Assembly (NCBI RefSeq): GCF_004010195.1
Contig: NC_057711.1
Location: 70,294,992 to 70,358,991, forward strand
Direction: 5' to 3'
Source: Chiloscyllium plagiosum
Taxonomy: Eukaryota
Length of the DNA: 64,000 nucleotides
The position numbers and the translations under genes were made by a program. Positions 27,172 to 38,830 of this stretch are shown here, piece after piece (the first letter of the stretch is position 1; each line of letters opens with the position of its first letter). The notes beneath the pieces were generated by a model. It saw only the letters and a list, made by a program, of their open reading frames with translations, ran no database searches and was not told the origin of the DNA.

Positions 27172-28414
27172 CTAACATCAATAACAAAAGAATCCCAAAT
27201 TATGCAGTTTCTTTTCAGTGCAGTATTGGTAACTTACAAAATCTTACAAATCATAACTGGACAAGTGGCTCCCCACTTTCGGACTGTCTCTCAAAAAAAA
27301 GAATAAAAGCCTCATTTACCATGTTCAGTTATTAAAGCAATTTATCTTATCATAATTCAAACCAAGGTAAGCAAGGGAAAAAAAGTGTTGAGATCTGTTA
27401 CAAGGGGATATACTTATTGGACTTAATACATTTCCTTTTACTTCAAACTTGCTCAGCACTAGGATTTGTTTATCAACTTTTCCTACAAGATGTTTTGAGT
27501 TATAATGATTAAGTGCTTATGCCACTCCTTTGTAATGGTAGATAGGAATTTTACATGTTAAGGATATTTTTTAAAGGTTCAAAGAACCTTCTAAGCATTT
27601 TATAAAAGTTAGCTGGACTTTTAAAAAAAATACCCCAAATGTCAGTGCACATGTCTAGAATCTCACTATATTTGCAATTTACTAGTTAAAGCTGAGTTCT
27701 GTGCACATGATAAACTCCACACCTCTGCCTATTATCTATATTATTTTATATTCTGGTCAACACCAGTAAAGTCTAAATATCATAAGCATAACTTTAATAA
27801 TGCTGTGCAGCCTTCCAAGCACTTGAGAAGAATTTTAGTTTTTAATTTCAGGCTTTGAACATTTGTAGTTTTAATTTAAATTTTACAAGCCCTTTGATTA
27901 CTAGTTAAAATATGTATTATTACAGATCATGTAGAGAATGAAATGAAGGTGAAATCAAATGCAACTTTACTTCAGCTGACCAAACATGAGTATTAAATCA
28001 GTTCCAGCTATTTAGCCACAGACAACAATAGTCACCACTGTATGAGCTAAATTAACATATATTGTTCAAAGTATGTCACCACTTAAATTGCATCAGAATT
28101 CAAAGTGTTAATCTTTATGACATACATTACAATGCCTTCTCTCTCAGTCAAATGTTACAAATAAGAGAGGGGTTTGCTCTGCATTAAATATCTCAAAAAC
28201 ATAATGAGTTGCAGAGCAAAACAGGATTATTTAATTGCATTTTGTCAATCCTGCAACAATGGACTGAAACACAAAATTTGCCTCACATCTTTATGAGATA
28301 ATGACAACAAGTGTAAACTAGCACTCAAATTCAACACCAATAATAGCTCTAACTGCTCATTGAAACTTTTTCACTTAAACTTTCAGGGATGAATGAATTT
28401 GAACTCCTCTGTCA

Positions 28415-29800
28415 GAACTCATACCAGGTTATAGTCCAACAGGTATATTTGAAATCACAAGCTTTTGGAGCATTGTCCCTTCACCAGATGAAGTGAGAGA
28501 AGCACACAGACACAGAATTTAAATGAAGCAGCGAGGTAATTACAAAAAAATTAAAATAAGGTGATGCTGGAGACAAACCAAATGATTGGAACAATATGCG
28601 AGATGTAAGAGTCACATGCTGAGTGTCTAACCAAAGTAATAAGCAATCCAAAACTGTACAAGCTAATTAAGGGAGAGAGATGAGAACAATCTATCAAGGT
28701 GATGGTGTCAATACAGGTCAGTAAGGAAGATTTTACAGATATAGAACAGCGCGGTGGGGTCACATGTAATGCAACATGAAACCAAGATCACAGGTGAGGC
28801 TGTCTTCATGGGTACAGAACTTGGCTATCAGTTTCTGCTCGGACATTCTGCGTTGTTACATATTTGGAAGGTGGCTGAGGATCGGAGGCTGAATATCATT
28901 AACCATTGAAGTGTTCCTTGACTGGGAGGGAACATTCCTGTCTGGCATTTGTTGTGTGGTGTCCATGCATCCATTGTTGTAACATCTGCATGGTCTCACC
29001 AATATAGCATGCCTCGCGGCATCGTTGCCTGCAGCATACGAGATAGACAACTTTGATTGAGTCGCATAAGTATCTGCCAGATATGTGGCGGGTGGTGTTT
29101 CCATGTGTGATGGCACATCTGTGTCGATGATTGACCTGTCTTGCAGAGGTTGCTATGGCAAGGTTGTGTGGTATTGTGGTCGATGTTGTACTGAAAGCTG
29201 AGTAGTTAGGTGTGAATGATGGTCTGTTTAAGGTTTGGCGGTTGTTTGAAGATGAGACATAGAGGATGATCTTGGCGAGCTGCTCATCATTACTGATGTC
29301 ATGTTGAAGGCTGTGAAGAACATGGTGTAATCTCTCTGCGCTCGGGAAGTACTGGACAATGGAGGGTACTCTATCAGTTGTATCCTGTGTCTGTCTTCCG
29401 AGGACATCATTAAGTTTTTTTTGCTGCGGCACATCAAAACTGGTGATCAATGAATTAAGCATCGTATCCCATTTCTATGAGGGCGTCCTTCAAAATCTTC
29501 AGGTGTCTGTCGTGTTTCTCCTCATCTGAACAGATCCTGTATGTATGTGCAGAGCTTGTCCATAGGTGATGTCGTGTTTAATATGTTTAGGATTGAAGCT
29601 AAAGAAGTGCAGCGTCATGAGGTTATCCATGGGCTTGCGGTAGAGTGAGGTACTGAGGTGTCTGACCTTGATGGAGATATATGTATCCAGGAAGGAGCCG
29701 GATTCTGAAAAGTAGTGTCCATGGTACGCCTGATGGTGGGATGAAACTTGTTGATATTGCTAAGTTGACGTTTCAGTGATTCCTCGTCAGGAGTCCAACC
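28415..29800 (-). mobile_element. Penelope-like element (RT C-terminus, GIY-YIG, tail), decayed
   Basis: Minus frames KFHPTIR, LYRKPMDNL..HF, RICSDEE, RVPSIVQYFP and YLCDSIKVVYLVCCRQRC..CYIGET. Degenerate hammerhead motif at ~28460-28490. Confidence 0.9.
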
Positions 29801-30109
29801 TCCTATGTCACTGTTGCTGGGCTCTATTCAGTACTTTTTCCATGTAGTTTGATTTCCATTTCTGATTTATTCCACAAAATATACAACCTCACAATTACAA
29901 ACTATAATCTATTTGCCCAGTTCCCATAACTGCATGTCAAGTCTCTTTTCTATTGTCAACAAATTCCAAGGTGAGGTGTCCCTGATGCAACTTCAAATTA
30001 TTGATTTAGTCCCAAATATGGAAGTGGAGCCAACATCTATCACTGAGCAAATCTACTTCCAACTCTTGCCTTCTGCATAAATAATTTTCATTAATTTCAT
30101 CATTCCAAG

Positions 30110-31120
30110 CAAATTTATTTATCTAGCACCTTTAAAATAGTAAAACATCCCAAAGCATTTCACAAGAACATTTCAAAAGAAAACTGACACTCTGCCACAT
30201 GAGGACCGATTAGCACAGCTGAACAAAAACCTGATCAAGAAGGAGGTTTTAAGGAGCACTTTCAAGGAACACAAAGTAGTGGGGCATGGAGAGGCTGGGG
30301 GTGGGAATTCTAGATCCGACAATCTTAGCAGATGAAGGTAAAGCTGTCAGTGGAATGGTGATAAAAATTAGTGATTGTTTAGAATCCTGAATTGAAGGAG
30401 CACAATACGAGGGCTGCAGGAAAGTGACAGAATGAGAGAAAGGCAAAGTGTTGTGAGGATTTGAAAACAAGGATATGATTTTAAAAGATTGCTTAACTGG
30501 GAACAGTGAACATCAGCAAAACATATGCAAAATCACATTCAATACTGAGTTTAAGACTAGCTGCAGGGTTCTATACAAGCTGTGGTTTAAAACATGCCAT
30601 GGGACGCTAAACAGGAGAGCATTAGAATAGTCAAGGCTAGAGACAACTAGATCTTCAAGCAGAGACCAAAGACCATGGCTTGAGTAATCTTCCCACTATT
30701 TTGTTGGAGGCTATTTCAGCACATCCAGTTTTTCAAATTAGATAAGCAGTCTGATGATTTAGAGAAGGTGGAGGGTAGAAAAGAAATGGTGCAGAGACAG
30801 AATTGATGATGTGACTAAATCTGTGGAAGCTGTAGTGTTATCAGATGATGTCACCTGAGCTTGTGTTGATGAGAAACAGGAGCGAACCAAGATTAAATTT
30901 TGAGGGATTCCAGAGGTAAAAGAGTTATGACAGGAACAGAAGTCATTGCACACGATAGAGAAAAGATAGGAATAGGACCAGTCGAGTGCTGTCCCACTCA
31001 GCAAGACAACAGAAAAAGACATTGAAGAAATATGGTGTAGTCTTACCATGCCAAAGGCTGCAATTAGGTGGAGAATGACAAAAAGGGTTTGTTTGCCATT
31101 ACCACTACCACAAAGAATGA
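30110..31120 (-). mobile_element. L2-like LINE fragment, decayed
   Basis: Reverse-complement similarity to the 58900-59940 and 24060-24640 sequences. Confidence 0.55.
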
Positions 31121-31709
31121 CATTTCTGATTTTTTTTCCTATTCATTCACAAGATGCAAGCATTGCTTGCTAGGTCAGCATTCACTGCCCATCCCTAATG
31201 TAGAGTCGGGACATTAACAATGATGTTAAGGAGAAGGTTCCAGGATTTTGATCCAGCATCAGTGAAGGAGCGGTGACACAGTTCCAAGTTAGGATAGTGA
31301 ATGATATGGGGGTAATGCGTAGGGTGGTGCTCCAGTGTACCTCCTATCTTTACCTTGTGGATGGTGGAAATCACATTTGGAAAATGTTCTGTAAGGAGTC
31401 TTGGTGACCTGTGGCAGTGCATTTAGTGGATGAGTCAGCAGTAAGTGAATATGCAGGTATTGGAATTGGCACCAACCCAGCAGGTTGCTTTGTCCTGTAT
31501 GGTGTCAGATTTCACAATTGTTACGGAGGCTACACTCCTCCAGCTAAGTGAACAGCACCCTACATTCCAGATTTGTATGCCTAGAGAGTAAGCAGGATTT
31601 GACAAGTCAGGAGCTGAGTTCCTCACTATAGAATTCATAGTCTCTGACCTGCTCTTGTAGCTACAGTATTTATATGGCTAATCCAGTTCAATTTCTGGCC
31701 CAAGATAAC

Positions 31710-32263
31710 TGTAGGAATGTGTTTCGGGTATAAGCAGGTAGGGAAAGAGTTAAGTGTTGAGTTTTGTGAAACAAGAGGTTCAGCTGAGCATGACTCAGAT
31801 CAGATATAAACTTGCCGTTAACAATGGGGTGCTGGAAGCAAGGGTAATCGGTTAACAAGATGGAAAAGCATTCATTATGTAGAGCAATTTAACAATATTG
31901 TAAGATTCAGTATGTAAGGTCAGTTTAACAAGGTGAAAAGTATTCATTATGTGAAGCCAGTTAAGGTTAAGAACATTCATTATGTAACAGCAGATGTTAT
32001 GTAATCTTTACTATTGACACTCTCGGATTGTAACAGTCATGCAATCAATGTGTATGTTGCCTTATCTGGATGCTCCTCCCTGTAAAATGACTATATAATT
32101 CATCAAGAAACTGCTATTCCAGAGAAGACTGAGAACACATGTCCCTGCACACATGGATGATTGTTCTCTCTCCCTCCAGGGCCCGGAATAAAGAAGAAGG
32201 AGGTAAAACCTTACTGTGTCTCCGAGCGTTTTGCATTGACTAAGGGGGGGAAACGGGATGACA
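31710..32263 (+). repeat. 5' LTR
   Basis: TG..CA ends, AP-1-type TGACTCA 31791-31797, four ttaacaa...attcattatgt subrepeats, TATATAA 32092-32098, AATAAA 32187-32192. Confidence 0.92.
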
Positions 32264-32267
32264 ATAT

Positions 32268-32285
32268 TGGCATAGTCAGCAAGAT
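32268..32285 (+). promoter_or_regulatory. Primer-binding site, tRNA-Ser
   Basis: TGGCATAGTCAGCAAGAT versus the complement of the vertebrate tRNA-Ser 3' end TGGCGTAGTCGGCAGGAT: 15/18, all differences G>A, two of them at CpG. Confidence 0.8.
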
Positions 32286-32678
32286 CCAAACAAATAGGTA
32301 TGATCGGACTGTGTCAGTGGTTGCCCGGAACATCAGTGTCTCAAGACGGACGGGCCCACAAGGTAAGATCGTAAACCTTGGCCCCTCTCAAGATTCCTGC
32401 GTGCCGGAGACGGTCCCCTCGCTTAATCACTCTCTATTCTAAGGATTCCTCCAATGGTAATTAGTTCAGTTGAGAGACATAGTTTCACAAGCGCACTGAA
32501 AAAGAGGCTTGAGTCCTCTGCGCTGCATTGGGGGGAGGGTGGTGTGATTAAGGTTTGAGTCCTCTGTACGGTACTGGGGTTCAAGACCTCTAGGGAGGTG
32601 TGATTGAGGTACAAGTCCACTGGGTGGGTTGATTTGAGGTTCAAGTCCTCTGCACTGTGCTGAGGTTTGAACTCTGTG

Positions 32679-32820
32679 TTTAAATGAGGTTGGAGTTTTG
32701 TGTTTAATTAGGATTTGAGTTTTCTGTGTTTAATTAGAATTCGTGTTTTCTGTGTTTAATTGGGGTTTGAGTTTTCTGTGTTTAAGTGGGGTTCGCGTTT
32801 TCTGTGTTTAAGTGGGATTC
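32679..32820 (+). repeat. 26-bp tandem repeat in the LTR-element leader
   Basis: tttaattaggatttgagttttctgtg-like units at 32703, 32729, 32755 and 32781, plus degenerate flanking units. Confidence 0.85.
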
Positions 32821-34199
32821 AAGCCCTCATGAGGTGTAAAGTGAGAAAGGGGTTAAAGTCCCCTAGTGGTGAAATTTGAAGCTCTGCGAGTCTTTGTTCT
32901 AGGGGAACAGAGTAGCTTGGACTGCGGTGCCATGTGGTCCATTGCGAGGTCTTTCTGTTTTTATAAGTGTAATTTCAATGACAGGATGCAAAAAAAAACG
33001 AAATGCTGAAATTAAGGTTGTACTAATACTTGGGTAAGAAAAAGGACACTTCAATGTAAATTATGCCATGCTGACAAAGTGTTTGATGTTTAAAAAGTTT
33101 GGTTTGTTAAAATACTGGTTCAGAAAATCTCTTTAAGTAACTGTTTTGCCTTGTTTGAATCAGGATCTCAATTCAATGTGTTTTGTGGGCTATGTAATGG
33201 GGCAGATTTGTTTTAACATTGAAATTGTACAACAATATGTCCTTTTAAAAATGTTCAAACTTGTAACCTTAAAACAAATTCATTGAGTGCTTTGAGCCCC
33301 TGATTTGTTTGAAATTCTACAACGCCTGTTAAAAAAAAGTCAGGTCAGTGGTCATGCTTTAGCCAGATGAGAGTATTGTATTGAAATATCTTTGCTGCTG
33401 TGTTTTTAATGCAGTGTTCATAAAAAGAGTGCATTTTGAATTTGATGTTTTGTTAAGATTTTAGAGAATATTAGAATTTGAGACTGAGCTGTTTCAGTTC
33501 TGTTAAATATTGTTAAGACTTCATTAGCCCCCTTCATATTGCAAATTCAAAGAATGTTGATCTCTACCAAAGTTGTCACCGTAATTTCCACTGTTTTATT
33601 TGGGAAATTTCATTTGGAGAATACATTTTAAAATATTCAGCATTTGATTCCCACAAATATTTGAGACTTAAATCTGAATTGAAATTGCCTCTTAAATTGC
33701 TAAAGCACAGGAAACATTTTGTTGTTTTCTTGCTGTTCCAGATTTTGGAAATACTTTTCCTGACAGCTTTCAGATTAGCCAAGTACCAATTTGTTAAAGG
33801 AACATCATTTTTGAATAACCCGAATGAGGTACCAGAGGGTTTGATTTTAGGATCATTGTTGTTTATAATGGACTGAACTGTTTCGGTGGTACAATTTAGA
33901 AGTTTATGGATTGTATAAAACTTGATAATGTCATAAATAGTGAACTGAGTAACAGACTTCAAGAATTCAAAGAAGGTTGAAATAGGCAGATACAATTTAG
34001 TGTAGTTAAATGTGTGACTGTCTTCATACTGATAACCACCTTGGCAAGGAAATGCAGAGATACTTTCAGCAGCTAACATCGTCTCTAGAGTTTCTCCAGG
34101 TAAAGCACACCTTTGGACCACTGCAACCACACCTCCCCCACCCCCACCTCCCTCCACTCCCCACAACCTGATCCAATGGGTTCAATCAGCTCTCCAGTC

Positions 34200-34510
34200 A
34201 CGAGCACAAAAGTGAAGAAATTAACAACAGTGAAGAGGAGGTCGGTACACTTTTTGTCAGTGGCCTTCCTACAGACATGAAACCACGTGAGCTTTACCTT
34301 GTCTTTCGATCATTCAAGGGATATGAAGGTCACTGATCAAACTAACATCATGGCTTTGTTACATTTAACAAGTGAGCAGCAGCAAACACAGCAAAGAATG
34401 TTGCGTTCACCTCGCCTGCAGCAGCAGCTGCTGCACTGCATGCTCAAATGTGCTGGTATCCTCCATCTGAAGCATCTCTGGGAGGATGGAAGTCTCATCA
34501 GTTTTGTGAA
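34200..34510 (+). pseudogene. RBPMS2: Processed, internally deleted RBPMS2 (hermes)-like retrocopy inside the LTR element
   Basis: [55 protein letters not shown] joined to AFTSPAAAAAALHAQMCWYPPSEASLGGWKSHQFC. These are the RRM N-half and C-terminus of the RBPMS family; the poly-Ala and WYP motif favour RBPMS2. Frameshifts and a stop are present, and there are no introns. Confidence 0.9.
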
Positions 34511-34639
34511 GCATTTAACTGCCCTTATCCAAGAATTCAGATTTCTCTGTGGAGTGAAGGAGGCTTTTGGAGAATTGGCTCATTTCCACTGGATTTGGAG
34601 GGGATGGAGTGGTCACTAAGGACTGTGGATTTAAGAACG

Positions 34640-34780
34640 TTACTGGTGAATGTGTTTTCCACATGGGAGGATTCTTCAAATTCTAATTACTGTAATGGAA
34701 TAATTTTTGTTGTTGTTATCATCATAGTATGTTGTGCATCAATAATTTGCTTAAATATGGCTGTCAGAGTCTTATGAAAG
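34640..34780 (+). pseudogene. Retroviral env transmembrane-anchor/cytoplasmic-tail remnant
   Basis: Frameshifted ..VFSTW../..LQILITVM/GIIFVVVIIIVCCASIICLNMAVRVL: a hydrophobic stretch ending in CC just upstream of the PPT. Confidence 0.6.
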
Positions 34781-34816
34781 ATGGTAGTGCCATCTCGGTG
34801 GTTATCATGAAATGAT

Positions 34817-34828
34817 AAAAGGAGGGAA
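34817..34828 (+). promoter_or_regulatory. Polypurine tract
   Basis: AAAAGGAGGGAA immediately before the TG of the 3' LTR. Confidence 0.88.
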
Positions 34829-35375
34829 TGAGAATATGTACAGGGTATAAGCAGGTCAGGAAAAAGTTAAGTTTTGCATTTTATGAAACAAGAGGTTCAG
34901 CTGAGCATGACTCAGATCAGATAAAAACTTGCAGTTAACAACGGAGTGCTGAAGGCAAGGGTGATGGTTTAACAAGATGGAAAAGCATTCATTATGTGGA
35001 GCCAATTAACAATATTTGAAGCATTCAGTATGTAAGGTCAGTTTAACAAGGTGAAAAGTATTCATTATGTGAAGCCAGTTAAGATTAAGAACATTTATTA
35101 TGTAACAGCAATGGCTTAATCTTACTATTGACACTCGCTGATTGTAACAGTCACCAATCAATATGTATATTGCCTTATCTGAATGCTTCTCTCTGTAAAA
35201 TGACTATATAATTCATCAAGAAACTGCTATTCCAAGAAGAATGAGAACTCATGTGTCTGTGCACAGCGGTGATTGATCTCTCTCCCTCCACGGCCAGGAA
35301 TAAAGATAAAGGTGGTAAAACCATACTGTGTCTCTGAGCGTTTTGCTTTGACTGAGGGGGTAAAATGGGACGACA
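34829..35375 (+). repeat. 3' LTR
   Basis: Collinear with 31710-32263 (roughly 85% identical by eye). AATAAA 35299-35304; ends ...gggacgaCA. Confidence 0.92.
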
Positions 35376-36042
35376 ACTGCAGGATGTTGTTTGTAGCGGA
35401 TTCAGCAAGACTATTGCCATGGTAAGGTCCTTAGTTGGCACCTGTGTGGCTCTTGCCATTACCAGCCCAAATCAAAATATTGCCCGGCTCTTGGTGCATT
35501 TGGACACAGACTGCTTTGTTATCGGAGGAGTTATGAATGGTGCTGGCTATTGCGCAAGCAACAATGAACATTTCTACCCATGAACCTTATAAAGCTTAAT
35601 TAATAGTGGACATTTGCACAGGACACAAATCATTCTTTTCTCCTTTTCATGGGGTGTTGTGGCATCATAGAGACATACAGGCTTTGTTGGACATCTTATT
35701 TCATAACAGTGTTAGAGTCATTGGGCAAAAACATTGCAGTCAAGAGTGTCTGGGCGATTTGGATAGCAGTATTAAGGTTTGGAACTATTCAGCAAGTGAA
35801 AAAATAAGATCTAAAGCTTTCCTTTAATCCAAACTCCAAGGAAGTAATTTACCACTGTTTAAAATGCAGCATATTATATTTTTAATAAACACTTTAGTAT
35901 AGTTTATTTTATTAGAGAGACTAAAAGTTCATGAGGCTATTTAATTTATAAATGCATAGCCCTTGACTTCATCCAGGAACTAACTTTAAACTGTTGAACA
36001 AGCATACAGTTACTTTAGCATCATGCAAATTTATCTCCTCTA

Positions 36043-36138
<96 letters not shown>

Positions 36139-36491
36139 CTATTGGTAAGAAACAAATAATACATTAGCCACTTAAAAACCACAATAAAATATTTATCCAT
36201 ATAGAACACAAGTTTTACTTAGATAATTAATCAGGGAGTTTTGAGTTGGAGCCTGTGAAGAGATGAAGAAAATTAAAGAAAAATGGGGAAATGTTTAATT
36301 CTTTTGAAGTTATATAACATCTAGGTTGTAATTGAAAATACAAAAAGCTCAAGTAGTAGGGAGTTGCTTTCAATGTTATACAATTAGGCTGGCCCCAATT
36401 ATTTCAATGGTCCAAACATAATTTTCCGCTTTAGCATTAGCAACAAGTTACTCATTAAATTGGGTTTTTTGCTCGAACAAAAAGGATTTAC

Positions 36492-36653
36492 CTGGTCCTG
36501 AAACAAATCTTCTTGTGCTTCTTTCCACATTTCTAACTCTAATGCAGCTTTATATTCCATCGTCTCACGAGGCCTAGGGTCACGACCTGGCTCTGACGCC
36601 TGATCAGGCTTAGCTGAAGGATCAGGCTGTTGCTGGTATCCAACATTTGAATT
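36492..36653 (-). CDS. CEP120: CEP120 exon, 162 bp
   Basis: ctactgtag|AATTC...GACCAG|gtaaat. Peptide ...[29 protein letters not shown]. Confidence 0.94.
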
Positions 36654-37136
36654 CTACAGTAGAAACAGTTTGTTAGTATTTAAAAATCTATTTTCATTTG
36701 TGCGTTAAACAAATACCAGTGAACAAGACGTTGGCAGGCAGCTCTTTGAGTGTGTTGAATCACTGAATTAGAGTAGGGTCTGCAACCTGTGGTTCCAGAA
36801 CAATTTGCAGTCTTGAACATTTCATTCACAGGTCCCAACCTTGACAAGTTAAATCCATCTAATATGAAAAAACCTACAAAAGAAATCAAGCCAAGAAACA
36901 CAACAGCCATGCTTTTGTTGTAGGGATTAAAAGCCAATCAATATTGTGCATTTTAAGGGTTCAAATGATAACTGAAAACATTATCATACTCTAAATAGGC
37001 AGTATAACTACATAATGGTTACAGAAAATTACTGTGTCAAGAATAGATTTTATGAATGTGATCATTATTGCTTGAAATGTAATGGAGATTATACATCATT
37101 CTAAATAAGCTGTGAGAAGATTTTTAAAAATTGATC

Positions 37137-37579
37137 TATCGTATATACTCCTGTAAAAGTTGATTTTTTCAGGTTATTTTTTAAGATTAAATTTGTGGGG
37201 TCAACTTTTACATGGATGCTACTTTTGAGGGGCTGAAATTCATGCTACATTTAAATTACAATTAGACGGTACATCTTAAATTTTGAATATGTCAATAAAA
37301 ATGTGATAAATTTTGCATCACACTAATTGTACTAATTATAGCACTTGTTTGATAATGAATTTAGAAATCCATAGTCTAACTTTGGTGTAAACATCAAAAT
37401 ACAAAATAGCACAAAAAAAAATTCCTCATTTAACATTTATGGACAGGATAATACCTTGACTCACAAATGTTGATCTGTTATCTGTGAAGAACGAGGGTTG
37501 ACTTTTATAGGAGATAAATGGAAAATTCCAGATTTATTTGGCCACAAACGGGGTTGACTTTTACTCGAGTATACATAGC
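37137..37579. mobile_element. Tc1/mariner (pogo/Tigger-like) MITE, decayed
   Basis: Inverted ends tatactcctgtaaaagttga ... ttgacttttactcgagtata. Confidence 0.6.
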
Positions 37580-37689
37580 TGCAAAAATTACTTTAACTTT
37601 ATAAAAGTTTGTTTTAAAAATTTCTTTACAAGCAAAATTAGAGTCAAAAAATCCAAAAGCCCCTGTACTAACTCAGCATTATGAAATTC

Positions 37690-38830
37690 GAATAGTTACA
37701 CCACTGAAAAGGTTCATTTGGACTGTCGTGCCTGTGCTGGTTCCCTGTAGGAGGAATTAAACTAATGCTACTGCCTTGCCTTCACCTTAGAACCCTGCAC
37801 ATTCCTCCTTTTCAGGTAATGATCCAATTCGTTCTTAAATATCTTTATTGATCTTGGCTCCAACAGACTTTCAGTCAGTGTATTCCAGATCCTACCCACT
37901 AGCTGTGTGAAAAAAAAATTCCTTATGTTGCCACTTCTTTTCTCAATTCCCTTCAATCTATTTCCTCTGATTCTTAATGCTTACACCAATGCTAACAATT
38001 TCTTCCTATTTTAAATATCATCTCAAACTTTTCTCTAAGGCTACAGTTCCAATTTCTTCAATCTACCTACAAAATTGTTTCTGATGCCTAGATCCTTTCT
38101 CATGCTGTTAATCTTAATCCTCTCTAATGCTTTCATATCCTTACAGTGTATGTGGTGCAACAACGACACATATTTCAATTGAGATAAACCAGTGTTTTCT
38201 ATGCCTGTATTGATGATACCCAGCAATATTCTACAACCTTTATCAATTTTGCACATGCAGATGCTCATGCATCCCCTTTCGACTTCAGTCTACTTGAATT
38301 TAAATTTCTTTTACTGATGCATTAGATGCATACAAGAAGTAACACATGTATTGTATTGATTCAAGTTATGCATTTTACTGGAGATGTAAGGAAATGTCAC
38401 ATCTCTGTTTTGCAGAAATCTTGAGACAAATCTTTCTAAAAAGGCACTTTAGTGGAGAAAAAGACGCACTCAACTAATTCCTGGAATGAAAGGTTTGGAA
38501 TAAAGAAGGCAATGCATTCTTTGGATCTAAACTCATTGGACTTCTGAAGTTTGACAGACGATCTTATTGAAACATACAAGATCCTGAGGGGTCACGACAG
38601 TGTGGATATCTTGTTGAGAAGACTATAACTAAGGGACGCAGTTTAAGATTAAGAAGTTACACTTTTAAAACAAAGATTACAAGAACTCTTTGAGAATCAT
38701 TAGTTTGTAGAATTCTCCTCCCTAAAAAAGAATGAAGCTGGATCACTGCATTTATTCAAATGGTTAGAACAATTGTTGATAGATAAGAGAGTCAAGGTTT
38801 TGTGTGGTACAAGTGTGAAAATGAAAGTTG
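37690..38830. mobile_element. CR1-type LINE fragments (about 37690-38280 minus, 38440-38830 plus)
   Basis: FFFTQLVGRIWNTL and KDMKALERI on minus; gatcttattgaaacatacaagatcctgagggg on plus. Confidence 0.65.

Larger units (their letters stand above)
31710..35375 (+). mobile_element. Non-autonomous ERV-like LTR element (3.67 kb), antisense to CEP120, inserted into an older LINE
   Basis: Two ~550-bp direct repeats with TG...CA ends, a PBS, a PPT and an env-TM-like remnant, but no gag/pol. The host LINE sequence continues on both sides (31130-31709 and 35376-35590). Confidence 0.92.

Noticed and set aside
32679..32820. CRISPR-like array
   Set aside because: Head-to-tail degenerate 26-bp units without unique spacers, in eukaryotic LTR-element leader DNA.
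34200..34777. Functional RBPMS2 gene, or the 109-110 aa ORFs at 34287 and 34448 as genes
   Set aside because: Frameshifts, an in-frame TGA, a large deletion and no clear ATG. The ORFs are chimeric read-throughs of cargo and env remnant.
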